Positions 1 through 8,786 of a stretch of DNA of 20,262 nt are shown one piece after another (the first letter of the stretch is position 1; the number at the start of each line of letters is the position of its first letter). The position numbers were made by a program, and so were the translations under genes. Below the pieces are notes generated by a model, which had not been told where the DNA came from, ran no database searches, and worked only from the letters and a program-made list of their open reading frames with translations. Source of the DNA: an uncultured bacterium (GTDB lineage Bacteria > Hydrogenedentota > Hydrogenedentia > Hydrogenedentales > JAEUWI01); assembly GCA_963977445.1 (NCBI GenBank), contig CAXBPH010000116.1, forward strand, positions 1 to 20,262, in the 5' to 3' direction.

Positions 1-1005
1 AGCGTAAATGACCCGACGGCGGCGATCCGGGTCACTGTCAATGGAAGTACGTATGCGGCCGCCAACATCGGCAACGGCACGTGGAGTCTGGTTGCCGGAC
101 AGGTCAGCCCTCTTACATCGGGCGTATTTGACGTCGTCGTCGTGGCAACCGACCCGGCGGGTAATGCGATCACCGACAATACCATCGACGAACTTATCGT
201 GGATCTGGATATACCGGTGGTTACGGTCACTACCCTGGCCACCAATGATAATACGCCACCACTCAGCGGCACTATCAATGATCCCCAGGCCAATATTGTT
301 GTCACCGTCGCGGGGCAGACGAATCCGGCCACCAACAACGGGAATGGGACCTGGAGCATTGCGGACAACGTACTTCTGCCGCTTGATGATGGTGCCTACA
401 ATGTAACCGCGGTGGCGACCGATGTTGCGGGGAACTCCAGTACGGATGCAACCTTGGTAGACGACTTATTCATTGTCACCTCGGCCCCCACCGTAACGAT
501 AAACGCCTTAACAACGCGGGATACGACGCCACAGTTGAACGGTACCGTGAACCAGACGACATCTACCGTCAGCATCGCCGTTGGTGGCCAGGTCCATACC
601 GCTATCAATAATGGTAATGGCACGTGGACGCTACCCAACGATACGCTTTCGGCGCTGGCCGAAGGCACTTACGACGTTGTGGTGCGTGGTATTGACGTGC
701 TGGGCAATCAGGGTACCGATAGCACGACAAATGAGCTTACCATCGATTTGGCTGTGCCACTCATCACCGTGAACCCGCTGAGCAGCCGAGACCGGACGCC
801 GCCGCTTTCCGGTACCGTAGATCCGCCCGATTCCGTGGTGACGGTAACCGTCGATGGATTCACCTATACGGCGATTAATAATGGAAACGGCGGATGGAAC
901 CTTACCGATAACACCGTGAATCCCCTGGAAGATGGTGTTTACGATGTGATCGCATCTTCAGGTGGCGCGACCGACACGACTATCGGTGAGCTGTTTGTCG
1001 ATTCT
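1..1005 (+). repeat. Four (first partial) ~90-aa bacterial Ig-like repeats (Big_13-like)
   Basis: Recurring T(N/R)DxTPxLxGT...NNGNGTW.L....L..G.YDV...ATD.AGN pattern. Copies are diverged at DNA level. Boundaries approximate. Confidence 0.8.
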
Positions 1006-4000
1006 ATTGGTCCAGCGGCACGTTTGAGCGGCCCAAGTATCGACGAGACCGCTATTGGGCCGGTGCGATTTGTGGTGACCTACGAAGACGCCGCGCTCGT
1101 CGGCCTGCTCGACAGCGATATAGAGCTCTTCGCAATTCTGGATGCCGATCCAGCCGTCCTGAGTAAAAAGGCACCATCTATTGCCAAAGTATTTCCCATA
1201 TCGACGGCTACAGCCGATGGCACGGTCACAATAACCGGCACCGGCACGAGTCAGCGAACAATTACGGTTACGAATATGGTCGGCGACGGCTATCTCGGTG
1301 TTGCAATTATCGCAGGTAGCGCCATTGACACCGCTGGCAATCCGGCGACCAGTGCCTTCTCGACGAAACTGGTTCATGTGGACAATACATCGCCTGAAGT
1401 TGCTTCGCTGGGCGTGGTCGATCGTGCAATCCTCGACGTGCGTTTCACCGAGCCGATGGACGGTGCGACATTTACCACCGAAGACTTCACTCTTTCTGGC
1501 CCGGGACGTGGTACCTTGTCGGCCGTGCCGAATGGTGTGGCACAGGTCGATCCGCAACGTGTTCGTCTGACGTGGAATGTAGGCAGTCTGCTCAATGACC
1601 AGGAAGTTACCGTCACAGTAGTCGATGTCGCGGACCGAGTCGCCAATCCAATTGGTGAAGTCAATACGGCGACGGCTCTGGTTGAGGGCATTGGCGTATC
1701 CCCTTCGGTCGTGTCGGTAACCGTTTTGGAAAGCCGCGCCGTCAGCATTCGGTTTACCGAGCCGATTGCCGTCGGCGCGCTCGACGTGCTGAGTTATATG
1801 CTGAGTGGATCAGGTCAGGGCACCCTGCCAATTCACCCCACCAGTGTTTCCGAGTTGCCCCTCAACGATCCGGATAATCCCGACGTTGTGCTTTCGGGCA
1901 ATCGGAACAGCTATCTGCTCACTTGGGCCGGTGGCGAAATGTTACAAGGTGGCGACATTACCATTGGCGTGTCGAATGTTGAAGACAACACGGGCAACGC
2001 GCTCATAGCGCCCATGAGCGGTACGGCCGCCGGTGCTGCTATTGGAGTCGCGCCAAAACTTGCCACGGTCAAAGTTCTCACGGGATTGACCGTGGAGGCC
2101 GCTTTCGACGAGTCCCTCAATGCCGATGGGCTCGATCCCACAAACTACACCCTCAGCGGTGTCGGGCAGGGTACCCTCGCGGCCCAGCCCGATAGTGCGA
2201 CCCTTGCCGCACCTGGACGCTACGTGCTCACCTGGAATTCCGGGGAGATGTTAAACGGTGGTGATATTACCATTACCGTAAGCAATGTTCGCGACGTGGC
2301 GGGCAATAGTATTGGTGCCGACAACATCGCGACGGCCGCCAAGGCAGGCCGCGATGGTTTGATTACGGTAAACATTCCGGCCCGTCGGGACGTGACGCTC
2401 TTTGAAGATGACCAGGGCGCGCTAGCAAACGGCGCGGGTCCGAACTTCTTCGTGGGTACCAATAGCGATGGGCTCATCCGTCGTGGTCTGATACAGTTCG
2501 ACGTGGCCGGCAATATTCCAGAAGGTTCTCTGGTGATGGATTCGACCCTTCGACTCCGTGCGTCCGGTGCCGTTGGAACGGCAGCGGCGCAACCGGTCGG
2601 GCTTCACCTCGTAACCGCACCCTGGACCGAAGGCGACGTGAATGCTGGCGATCCAGGAGCCGACGGTGCGCCGGCCGACGCCGATGAAGCGACCTGGATC
2701 CATAGCAGCTATGATACGGCCCTCTGGGCAACGCCCGGCGGCGATTTTGACCCGACTGCACGTGCTACGACTTCGGTCGCGGGTGCAGGTGCCTACACCT
2801 GGAAGTCCGCCGAAATGCTGGCCGACACGCAGGCCTGGCTTGATGATCCCGCATCCAATGAAGGCTGGTTGTTGTTGGGCAACGAGTCGGCGGGAAATAC
2901 CGTCAAGGCGTTCCGCAGCGACGAGCACATTACCTTGTCTGAGTTGCCCGTCTTCAGTGTGGTCTTCTCTCTCAATGGCGGCCCCGGTGGACCAACCCTC
3001 GGCACGATCGGCGATCAAGAGATCAATGAAGGGGAGACCTTGACGCTTGAACTTACCGCCAACGATACGGGTGGCAATCCCCTCAGTATCACATCGGCAC
3101 TGGCAAGTCTGCCATTGGGCCATAACGCCGTATTGACAGACCATGGCGACACGACGGCTACGTTCCAATGGACACCTTCCTTTGTGGACGCGGACTCGTA
3201 TGTCGTAACCTTTATCGCCACCCAGAAGGGCATTGCCAATCCACTCAGTATTTCGGAATCTATCGTCATCGACGTGCAGGAGGTCAATCAGGCACCTGCC
3301 CTCGAAGAACCTGAGGCCCTGGTAGCCACTGAAGGTGTCCTCTCTACGGTGGCGCTGGTTGGCTCTGACAATGATGTGGGCGACACCTTGACCTACAGTC
3401 TGGTTCTTCCCATCGACGGTGTTGAGCTGGATGGAACGACCGGTGTACTCCGCTGGACGCCGGGATTCAGCGCTGCCGGTGTCTATGACATCGGGGTCCG
3501 TGTAGTCGATAACGGCGAGCCACCCTTGTCGACCACCCGTACGCTTCAGGCGACCGTGCTTGATGCCAACGGCTCACCGGTGGTGAGTCCCATCGAAAAT
3601 CAAATCGTGGTCGAATCCGAAGTGCTTTCCTTTAAGGTGACGGCTGTTGATCCGGACCTCGCGGATACGCTGACCTTTAGTCTTGAGAACAGTCCAGCAG
3701 GGACCAGCATCGATAGCGCAACAGGTGTATTTCGCTGGGTCCCAAGTATTACCGCCGCTGGCGAACACGAAGTTACCGTAGTGGCCACGGACAATGGTGA
3801 GCCAACGATGTCCGGGCGGGCGACCTTCGGGGTGACCGTCGTCGATGACAACCGCGACCCAACGAACATTGCCCTTTCACCGGCAACGGTGCCGGAAAAT
3901 TTGCCGAGTGGTACGCTTGTTGGTACCTTCACTACGGTGGATATGGACGCCGGCGACGTTCACGCCTACTCGCTGGTTGCAGGCGAAGGTGACACGGGTA

Positions 4001-6816
4001 ATGCCGCGTTCACCGTGTCCGGTAACGAGCTCCGTACAAACCAGGCGTTCGATTATGAGACCATTCCTTCCTACAGCATACGGGTACAGAGTTTCGATGG
4101 GAAAGACGGTACCTTCGCACGTGCGATAACGGTCACTATTGTGAATAAGAACGATCTGCCCACGGCCATCGCCCTGGACAACGCCTCTGTCGTTGAAAAC
4201 GTTCCGGTGGGTACCGTGGTCGGTCGGCTGAATACGACCGATCCTGATCGTTCCGACACCCACACCTATGCGATAGTCAGTGGCGATGGTGATGAGGACA
4301 ACGACAAGTTTGCTATTTCGGGACGGGATCTTGTGGTGAATGGGCCGATCGATTTCGAATCGAAAGCATCCCTCTCGGTTCGACTTCGTAGCAACGATCC
4401 CTCCAATGGCTTCGTAGAGGCGAGTTTTCAAATTACCGTTATCAATGAAAACGATATGCCCGACGGTGTGACCCTATCCAACGCACAGGTTGCAGAAAAC
4501 GCCCCGGCCAATACGGAAGTAGGTCAATTTATGACCGATGATACCGATGGTGCGTCGGGACGGGTCTACAACCTCGTAAGTGGCCAAGGCAGCGAAGACA
4601 ACGGCAATTTCCGGATTAGCGACGGGACCTTACTCACGGCCGTTCCCCTGGATTTCGAGCTCAAGCGGATGCACAGTATCCGTGTCCGCTCGCTGGATGG
4701 ACAGCAAGCCCCCTTCGAGATGGTATTTACCATCGAAGTGCTCGACCGCAATGACGCGCCCACCAACGTCGCGATTTCTTCCAGCGGAATTCTGGGAAAT
4801 GTTCCGGCGGACACGGTCATCGGCAGCCTGGTTACGAGTGATCAGGATGTTGACGACAGCCACACCTACGCGCTGGTCTCGGGCGAGGGAAGCAAAGACA
4901 ACGATCGCTTTAAGGTGGTTGGCGAGCAACTGCTTACGGACAAACGGGTCAACTTCGACAGTAACGCCACCTTCGAGACAAGGTTGCGGACCACCGATGC
5001 CGCGGGTGCAACGTTTGAAAAGGCATTCGTTCTCGTGAATGACGACGTGGATGGTGACGGTCTTTCCGATGCGTGGGAGCTGGCGAATTTTGGCAATCTC
5101 CTGGCAAGCGCTACGGACGATCTGGATGGCGACGGTCTCAGCAATCTGGATGAGTTCCTGAATCGGACCAATCCGAATCGGGCGGACAGCGACGGCGATG
5201 GTGTTCTCGACGGCGATGAGGTTGCACGAGGTGCCAACCCGAACAATAGTAACGATGCGCCAGCTGTCCTTGCGGTGTCTCCTGCATCGGCAGCCATGGG
5301 CCGCGAGGAAGGTGTAATAACACTTCTTGTACAGAATACAGGTATCGCTCCCCTGAATTGGGAAGCCACGCTGGTTACCAGTTCCTTTGCCGAGATTATA
5401 TCGGGCGTGTCGGGATCCAATACCGGTGAGATAAACGTGAAGTTGTCCACCAATCTGACTTCCGCCAGTCGCACGGCGACGGTGCGAATCACGGCAGAAA
5501 ACGCGGTGGGAAGTCCCATGACCGTGACTTTAAACCAGTCGGCATGTTCTGCGCCCGGTCGGCCCAATGATGTATTGGCCACCAACGGAACCTTGCCCGG
5601 TCAGGTCAGGGTGCTGTGGGATGCCGTAGAAGACGCGGATCAGTATATGGTGTATCGTGGTCAGGGCTCCGATCCCAACGCGGCGACCCTGATTGCAACC
5701 GTCGTGGGTACGGCCTACACCGATTCATCGGCGCCGGTGTTGTCCACGAAACAGGCCGACGGCGGTGGCGGTTGTGTACCGATTATTAATCCCGATCCGG
5801 CGCCCAATGCATCTGCCTATCAATACTGGGTACGTGCAATGAACGTTTGTGGCACGGGTGTTTTCAGTGATCCTGACGATGGATTTCCTGGTGCGGGGCA
5901 GCCCCCGGCGATGGCGCTGTTCGAGCCCGTAGTTCCTGGTCTGGAAACGGAAAACCGCTCCTTGCGTGCCCGGGTAGACTCGGTGTTGGCCATTCGCCTC
6001 CGACGGGATACGGCCATATCGCCCACGTCGATTCGTGGTGAAGTGCTTCGGGCAACCGGAACAGTCACCCAAGTGACCTGGAAAGCCATAGACACGGAAG
6101 GTCTCAAAGATGGTTGGGCACTGTATAGCCCCGGCGATACGCCATTCGAATTGGGTGAATCTGTCATGTTCACTGTGAGCGCGTCCACCGTTGCCGGCGA
6201 GAATATCGGGCCATTGACCTATCGATTCACGATTGAAACAGAAGCGGAGTTCCTTGACCGTGTTGGCGCGGGTGACACTCCGGTAGCACAGCCGAGCTAC
6301 GTGGACTTTGATGCCAGTGGAATTGATCTCAGTCAAGAAAGTCAGGACGAGGTGGTCGTCTACGCCGTAGACGAAGCCTTGGCCCCGGCCGGTCTTCTCA
6401 ACGCTTCTGGCCCGGCCTTTGCCATCACTCCCGATGCGGTTTACGGACAGCCTCAACGGGTTTGGCTGCCTCTCGAAGGTAACCTTCGTGCGAGTGATGT
6501 TGTCGTCAACTACTATTTCTCCGACAAATCAGGAAACAACACGGGATGGCGCCAGGCAAGTCAGATTGCCGGGTGGGCTAACATGTCGAGCCTGCTTGAG
6601 CTTGAGGTCGGCACGGAGCGTTATATTGGATTTACGGTGCGTCATGGTGGTCTGGTGCAGTTAAGTGCGACCGGTGCCAAAGATGCGCCCACGTCGTCTG
6701 CCGGGGCATTCCCCACCACGCTGATTCGATTTGGTGGTGATGGTATCGTCGCGCTGCTTCTGCTGTTCAGTCTGGCCTTTTTGTTGCCCAGAATGTTCCG
6801 CCTGAACCCCAGGTAG
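1..6816 (+). CDS. Giant multi-domain cell-surface protein / putative adhesin, 5'-truncated (>2270 aa)
   Basis: Frame 1 is open from base 1 (SVNDPTAAIRVTVNGSTYAAANIGNGTWSL...), so the track start at 142 is internal. Stop TAG at 6814-6816. The protein is acidic and T/V/D/G-rich, with recognisable Ig-like, DNRLRE-like, cadherin-like, TSP3-like, BACON and Fn3 modules, and ends in a hydrophobic helix plus basic tail. Confidence 0.93.
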   Translation, partial: SVNDPTAAIRVTVNGSTYAAANIGNGTWSLVAGQVSPLTSGVFDVVVVATDPAGNAITDNTIDELIVDLDIPVVTVTTLATNDNTPPLSGTINDPQANIVVTVAGQTNPATNNGNGTWSIADNVLLPLDDGAYNVTAVATDVAGNSSTDATLVDDLFIVTSAPTVTINALTTRDTTPQLNGTVNQTTSTVSIAVGGQVHTAINNGNGTWTLPNDTLSALAEGTYDVVVRGIDVLGNQGTDSTTNELTIDLAVPLITVNPLSSRDRTPPLSGTVDPPDSVVTVTVDGFTYTAINNGNGGWNLTDNTVNPLEDGVYDVIASSGGATDTTIGELFVDSIGPAARLSGPSIDETAIGPVRFVVTYEDAALVGLLDSDIELFAILDADPAVLSKKAPSIAKVFPISTATADGTVTITGTGTSQRTITVTNMVGDGYLGVAIIAGSAIDTAGNPATSAFSTKLVHVDNTSPEVASLGVVDRAILDVRFTEPMDGATFTTEDFTLSGPGRGTLSAVPNGVAQVDPQRVRLTWNVGSLLNDQEVTVTVVDVADRVANPIGEVNTATALVEGIGVSPSVVSVTVLESRAVSIRFTEPIAVGALDVLSYMLSGSGQGTLPIHPTSVSELPLNDPDNPDVVLSGNRNSYLLTWAGGEMLQGGDITIGVSNVEDNTGNALIAPMSGTAAGAAIGVAPKLATVKVLTGLTVEAAFDESLNADGLDPTNYTLSGVGQGTLAAQPDSATLAAPGRYVLTWNSGEMLNGGDITITVSNVRDVAGNSIGADNIATAAKAGRDGLITVNIPARRDVTLFEDDQGALANGAGPNFFVGTNSDGLIRRGLIQFDVAGNIPEGSLVMDSTLRLRASGAVGTAAAQPVGLHLVTAPWTEGDVNAGDPGADGAPADADEATWIHSSYDTALWATPGGDFDPTARATTSVAGAGAYTWKSAEMLADTQAWLDDPASNEGWLLLGNESAGNTVKAFRSDEHITLSELPVFSVVFSLNGGPGGPTLGTIGDQEINEGETLTLELTANDTGGNPLSITSALASLPLGHNAVLTDHGDTTATFQWTPSFVDADSYVVTFIATQKGIANPLSISESIVIDVQEVNQAPALEEPEALVATEGVLSTVALVGSDNDVGDTLTYSLVLPIDGVELDGTTGVLRWTPGFSAAGVYDIGVRVVDNGEPPLSTTRTLQATVLDANGSPVVSPIENQIVVESEVLSFKVTAVDPDLADTLTFSLENSPAGTSIDSATGVFRWVPSITAAGEHEVTVVATDNGEPTMSGRATFGVTVVDDNRDPTNIALSPATVPENLPSGTLVGTFTTVDMDAGDVHAYSLVAGEGDTGNAAFTVSGNELRTNQAFDYETIPSYSIRVQSFDGKDGTFARAITVTIVNKNDLPTAIALDNASVVENVPVGTVVGRLNTTDPDRSDTHTYAIVSGDGDEDNDKFAISGRDLVVNGPIDFESKASLSVRLRSNDPSNGFVEASFQITVINENDMPDGVTLSNAQVAENAPANTEVGQFMTDDTDGASGRVYNLVSGQGSEDNGNFRISDGTLLTAVPLDFELKRMHSIRVRSLDGQQAPFEMVFTIEVLDRNDAPTNVAISSSGILGNVPADTVIGSLVTSDQDVDDSHTYALVSGEGSKDNDRFKVVGEQLLTDKRVNFDSNATFETRLRTTDAAGATFEKAFVLVNDDVDGDGLSDAWELANFGNLLASATDDLDGDGLSNLDEFLNRTNPNRADSDGDGVLDGDEVARGANPNNSNDAPAVLAVSPASAAMGREEGVITLLVQNTGIAPLNWEATLVTSSFAEIISGVSGSNTGEINVKLSTNLTSASRTATVRITAENAVGSPMTVTLNQSACSAPGRPNDVLATNGTLPGQVRVLWDAVEDADQYMVYRGQGSDPNAATLIATVVGTAYTDSSAPVLSTKQADGGGGCVPIINPDPAPNASAYQYWVRAMNVCGTGVFSDPDDGFPGAGQPPAMALFEPVVPGLETENRSLRARVDSVLAIRLRRDTAISPTSIRGEVLRATGTVTQVTWKAIDTEGLKDGWALYSPGDTPFELGESVMFTVSASTVAGENIGPLTYRFTIETEAEFLDRVGAGDTPVAQPSYVDFDASGIDLSQESQDEVVVYAVDEALAPAGLLNASGPAFAITPDAVYGQPQRVWLPLEGNLRASDVVVNYYFSDKSGNNTGWRQASQIAGWANMSSLLELEVGTERYIGFTVRHGGLVQLSATGAKDAPTSSAGAFPTTLIRFGGDGIVALLLLFSLAFLLPRMFRLNPR
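1381..2340 (+). repeat. Three ~110-aa Ig-like repeats (SbsA/Big_5-like)
   Basis: Recurring F(T/D)E(P/S)...(F/Y)xLSGxGxGTL...P....LTWxxG...(D)ITxxVxNVxDxxGN. Boundaries approximate. Confidence 0.7.
2362..2975 (+). other. DNRLRE-like beta-sandwich domain within the surface protein
   Basis: Motifs DVTLFE, RRGLIQFDV..IP.G..V..STLRL, VTAPWTEG, ATW...W.TPGGDF, QAWLDDPASNEGWLL and FRSDE...P match my recollection of DNRLRE-domain proteins. Confidence 0.75.
2995..3849 (+). repeat. Three putative-Ig (He_PIG / cadherin-like) repeats
   Basis: N.(A/S)P....Q...EGE.L...L.A.D.D..D.LT(Y/F)SL...P.G...D..TGV(L/F)RWTP...AG.Y.I.V...DNGEP repeated. Confidence 0.75.
3850..5040 (+). repeat. Four bacterial cadherin-like repeats with exact 300-bp (100-aa) period
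   Basis: Units start NRDPT (3850), NDLPT (4150), NDMPD (4450) and NDAPT (4750). Each has a variant of V.EN.P..T.VG...T.D.D..D.H.Y.LV.G.G..DN..F.I.G..L.....D(F/Y)E...S(I/V)RVRS.D. Confidence 0.85.
5041..5260 (+). repeat. Asp-rich thrombospondin type-3-like Ca2+-binding repeats
   Basis: DVDGDGLSDAWE, DLDGDGLSNLDE, DSDGDGVLDGDE with TNPNRAD / GANPNN linkers. Confidence 0.8.
5265..5890 (+). other. BACON-like domain followed by a fibronectin type-III-like domain
   Basis: LAVSPAS...V.NTG..PLNW.A...G.SG.N.G.I.V...N.T..SRTATVRITA..A.GSP.TVTLNQ (BACON-like), then PGRP.DV.AT.GT...VRVLW.AV..A..Y.VYR...YTD...YQYWVRA.N.CG...FS..D.G (Fn3-like). Confidence 0.7.
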
Positions 6817-6833
6817 AGTTGAACCTGCGGGGT
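6806..6833 (+). terminator. Imperfect hairpin overlapping the stop codon of the surface-protein gene
   Basis: ACCCCAGGT (6806-6814) pairs with ACCT-GC-GGGGT (6823-6833) with a 2-nt bulge. There is no U-tract, so terminator function is uncertain. Confidence 0.25.
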
Positions 6834-6931
6834 ATGATGGAATAACGTTTAGGAAATGGTCGTGGTATCGGGCACGCCGTGCTGTGTGGTGCTCTGCGAT
6901 ATCACGATGCGACAGGACGGATGAGAGAGCG

Positions 6932-8770
6932 ATGATAGAATTCAAATGTGAACATTGCGACAAGGGCTTGCGTCTCTCGGATTCTTATGCAGGCCGGGAT
7001 GGCTGGTGCCGCTCCTGTAAGCGTATGATAATTGTTCCAAGCAACGGCCAATCATCGCAAGTGGCAGATTTGCCCAAGCAGGAGGGCTTTGAGCGCCTGC
7101 AACGATTGCTTCAATATGCGGCCACCAAGGCCGACAAATTTAAAATGCATCTGGCCCAACAGGGCGAGGAAGATAGCCGCCTGGCAACGGTCGAAGACGA
7201 ATTGCTTCAGCTCCGTGAGGAGATGGCCGAGGGTGAACGTGTCCTGGCGTCCCTGCGCGACTCCGAATCCGCTATCAAACAGACGTTGGACCAGGAGCGT
7301 CAGGCGCATGCAGAACGCATAGATTCACTTGAATGTGCACTGAAGGCAGCCCAGACGGCCAGCGACCAGCAATCAGAAGGTGCCCGGTCGGATCTTGAGA
7401 ACGCGCTCGATGATGCCAATCGGGAGTTGGCCCGACTCCAGACCTATGTAGACGAGAAGGATAGCCGCCTGAATACACTGGAAGGTGAACTCGCCCAACT
7501 GACTGCTACCGGAACTAACGAGATCACCAGACTTCAGGAGCAATGCGCCAATCTTAGGGAGGCCCTGGAGGCCGAAGAGAACGCTGCGCGGGAATTGGGC
7601 GATGAAAATACGCGCCTGGCGGCCTTACTCGAGCAGCAAGCGTCCGGTGACAGCGACGGTGAAGGTGGCGAGCGCCTGCATGCGCTAGAGGCCAACTTGG
7701 GGCAGGTCCAGGAAAAATTGGCGAAGGCGGAAGGGGAACGGCTGGAAATAGCGTCCTCGTTCTCAGAGCTGCAGCAACGTGCGGCGGCGCAGGCAAGAAC
7801 GATCGCAACGCAGGAAGCAGAACTCAAGGAACGCTCAGATTCTTTTGAGTCACTTCAGGTTCGTCATGACGAACGAGAGCGGAACAACCGTGAGCAACTA
7901 TATGCGCTGGAAGAGCAGGTATCGCTCTTTACGGAACTCAAGGAACGGGTCGCGAGCTTGCAGGAAAAGGTCTCCGGACTTGATCGGGAACGTCTCAATC
8001 TCACCCTGAGCCTGGAAGAGCTGAATCAGCAGCATGAGATTGAGAAGAAGAAAGCGGCAACGCTCGAATCCCGCCTGCAGAATACGACAACGGAAAAAGC
8101 AGGCCATCTGGTACAGCTGGAAGATTTGCAACGAGAGAGTCATTGCAAAGAGGAACAGGTGAAGAAGCTGAGTGCCGAATTGCGGACCTTGGCCGACGCA
8201 CAGAGTGCCTCAGATCTTGCGCGAGAGAAAGAAGCACGGGTGGCCCACGCCGCCGGCGAGCGCGCGTCGCTCCTGGCGGAAGAGTTGGCCACCTTGCGAC
8301 GGGAGCAAGAGGAAAAGGCTGCCCTGCAAGCCGAACTGGAGCGCCAGCTTTCCGAGGCACAATCGGAGCGCGAAGCCTTGAACGCCCAGCTCGAGGCGGC
8401 CGGTAGCCATACTCGGGATGGCAGCGCTGCGCTAACCGCCGTCCAAGAGCGGGTTTCTGTGCTGGAACTGGAACTGGAAGACCGGCGGGAGGCAGCGACA
8501 CGTCATCTGGCGAAGGAGGCGGAGTTGGCCCGGGAGCTGGAAGAGGCCCGTGGCAAAGTAGCGGTGCTGGAAGGTCGTCTGATCGATGCGGAGACGTTGG
8601 TTACCATGACGCCCAAGCTGTCGGATAGCGCGGATATGGACGATGATGACGACTATTCCGATGACGATGATGGAGAGACCATTGTCGTGACCGAAACGGT
8701 ATCTGATCGCCAGCGTCACAGCGAGCGGAAGCAGATGATGGACGTACTTTCTGATTTTCTCGATAAGTAA
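6932..8770 (+). CDS. Zinc-ribbon + long coiled-coil protein (612 aa), function unknown
   Basis: Likely start is ATG 6932 after purine-rich GAGAGAG. N-terminus MIEFKCEHC-x16-CRSC, then ~500 aa E/L/A/Q/R-rich heptad pattern, an acidic tail and a terminal amphipathic helix. No signal peptide, TM helix or Walker motifs. Confidence 0.88.
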   Translation: MIEFKCEHCDKGLRLSDSYAGRDGWCRSCKRMIIVPSNGQSSQVADLPKQEGFERLQRLLQYAATKADKFKMHLAQQGEEDSRLATVEDELLQLREEMAEGERVLASLRDSESAIKQTLDQERQAHAERIDSLECALKAAQTASDQQSEGARSDLENALDDANRELARLQTYVDEKDSRLNTLEGELAQLTATGTNEITRLQEQCANLREALEAEENAARELGDENTRLAALLEQQASGDSDGEGGERLHALEANLGQVQEKLAKAEGERLEIASSFSELQQRAAAQARTIATQEAELKERSDSFESLQVRHDERERNNREQLYALEEQVSLFTELKERVASLQEKVSGLDRERLNLTLSLEELNQQHEIEKKKAATLESRLQNTTTEKAGHLVQLEDLQRESHCKEEQVKKLSAELRTLADAQSASDLAREKEARVAHAAGERASLLAEELATLRREQEEKAALQAELERQLSEAQSEREALNAQLEAAGSHTRDGSAALTAVQERVSVLELELEDRREAATRHLAKEAELARELEEARGKVAVLEGRLIDAETLVTMTPKLSDSADMDDDDDYSDDDDGETIVVTETVSDRQRHSERKQMMDVLSDFLDK

Positions 8771-8786
8771 GTTACAATGATAGGGT

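Noticed and set aside
6869..6883. Sigma54-like GGCACG...TGC here and at 18257-18272
   Set aside because: GG-to-GC spacing is 8-9 and 11 nt rather than the required 10, and the second faces away from larB.
6932..8770. SMC / chromosome segregation protein call
   Set aside because: No Walker A/B, signature motif or hinge. Any similarity would be generic coiled coil.
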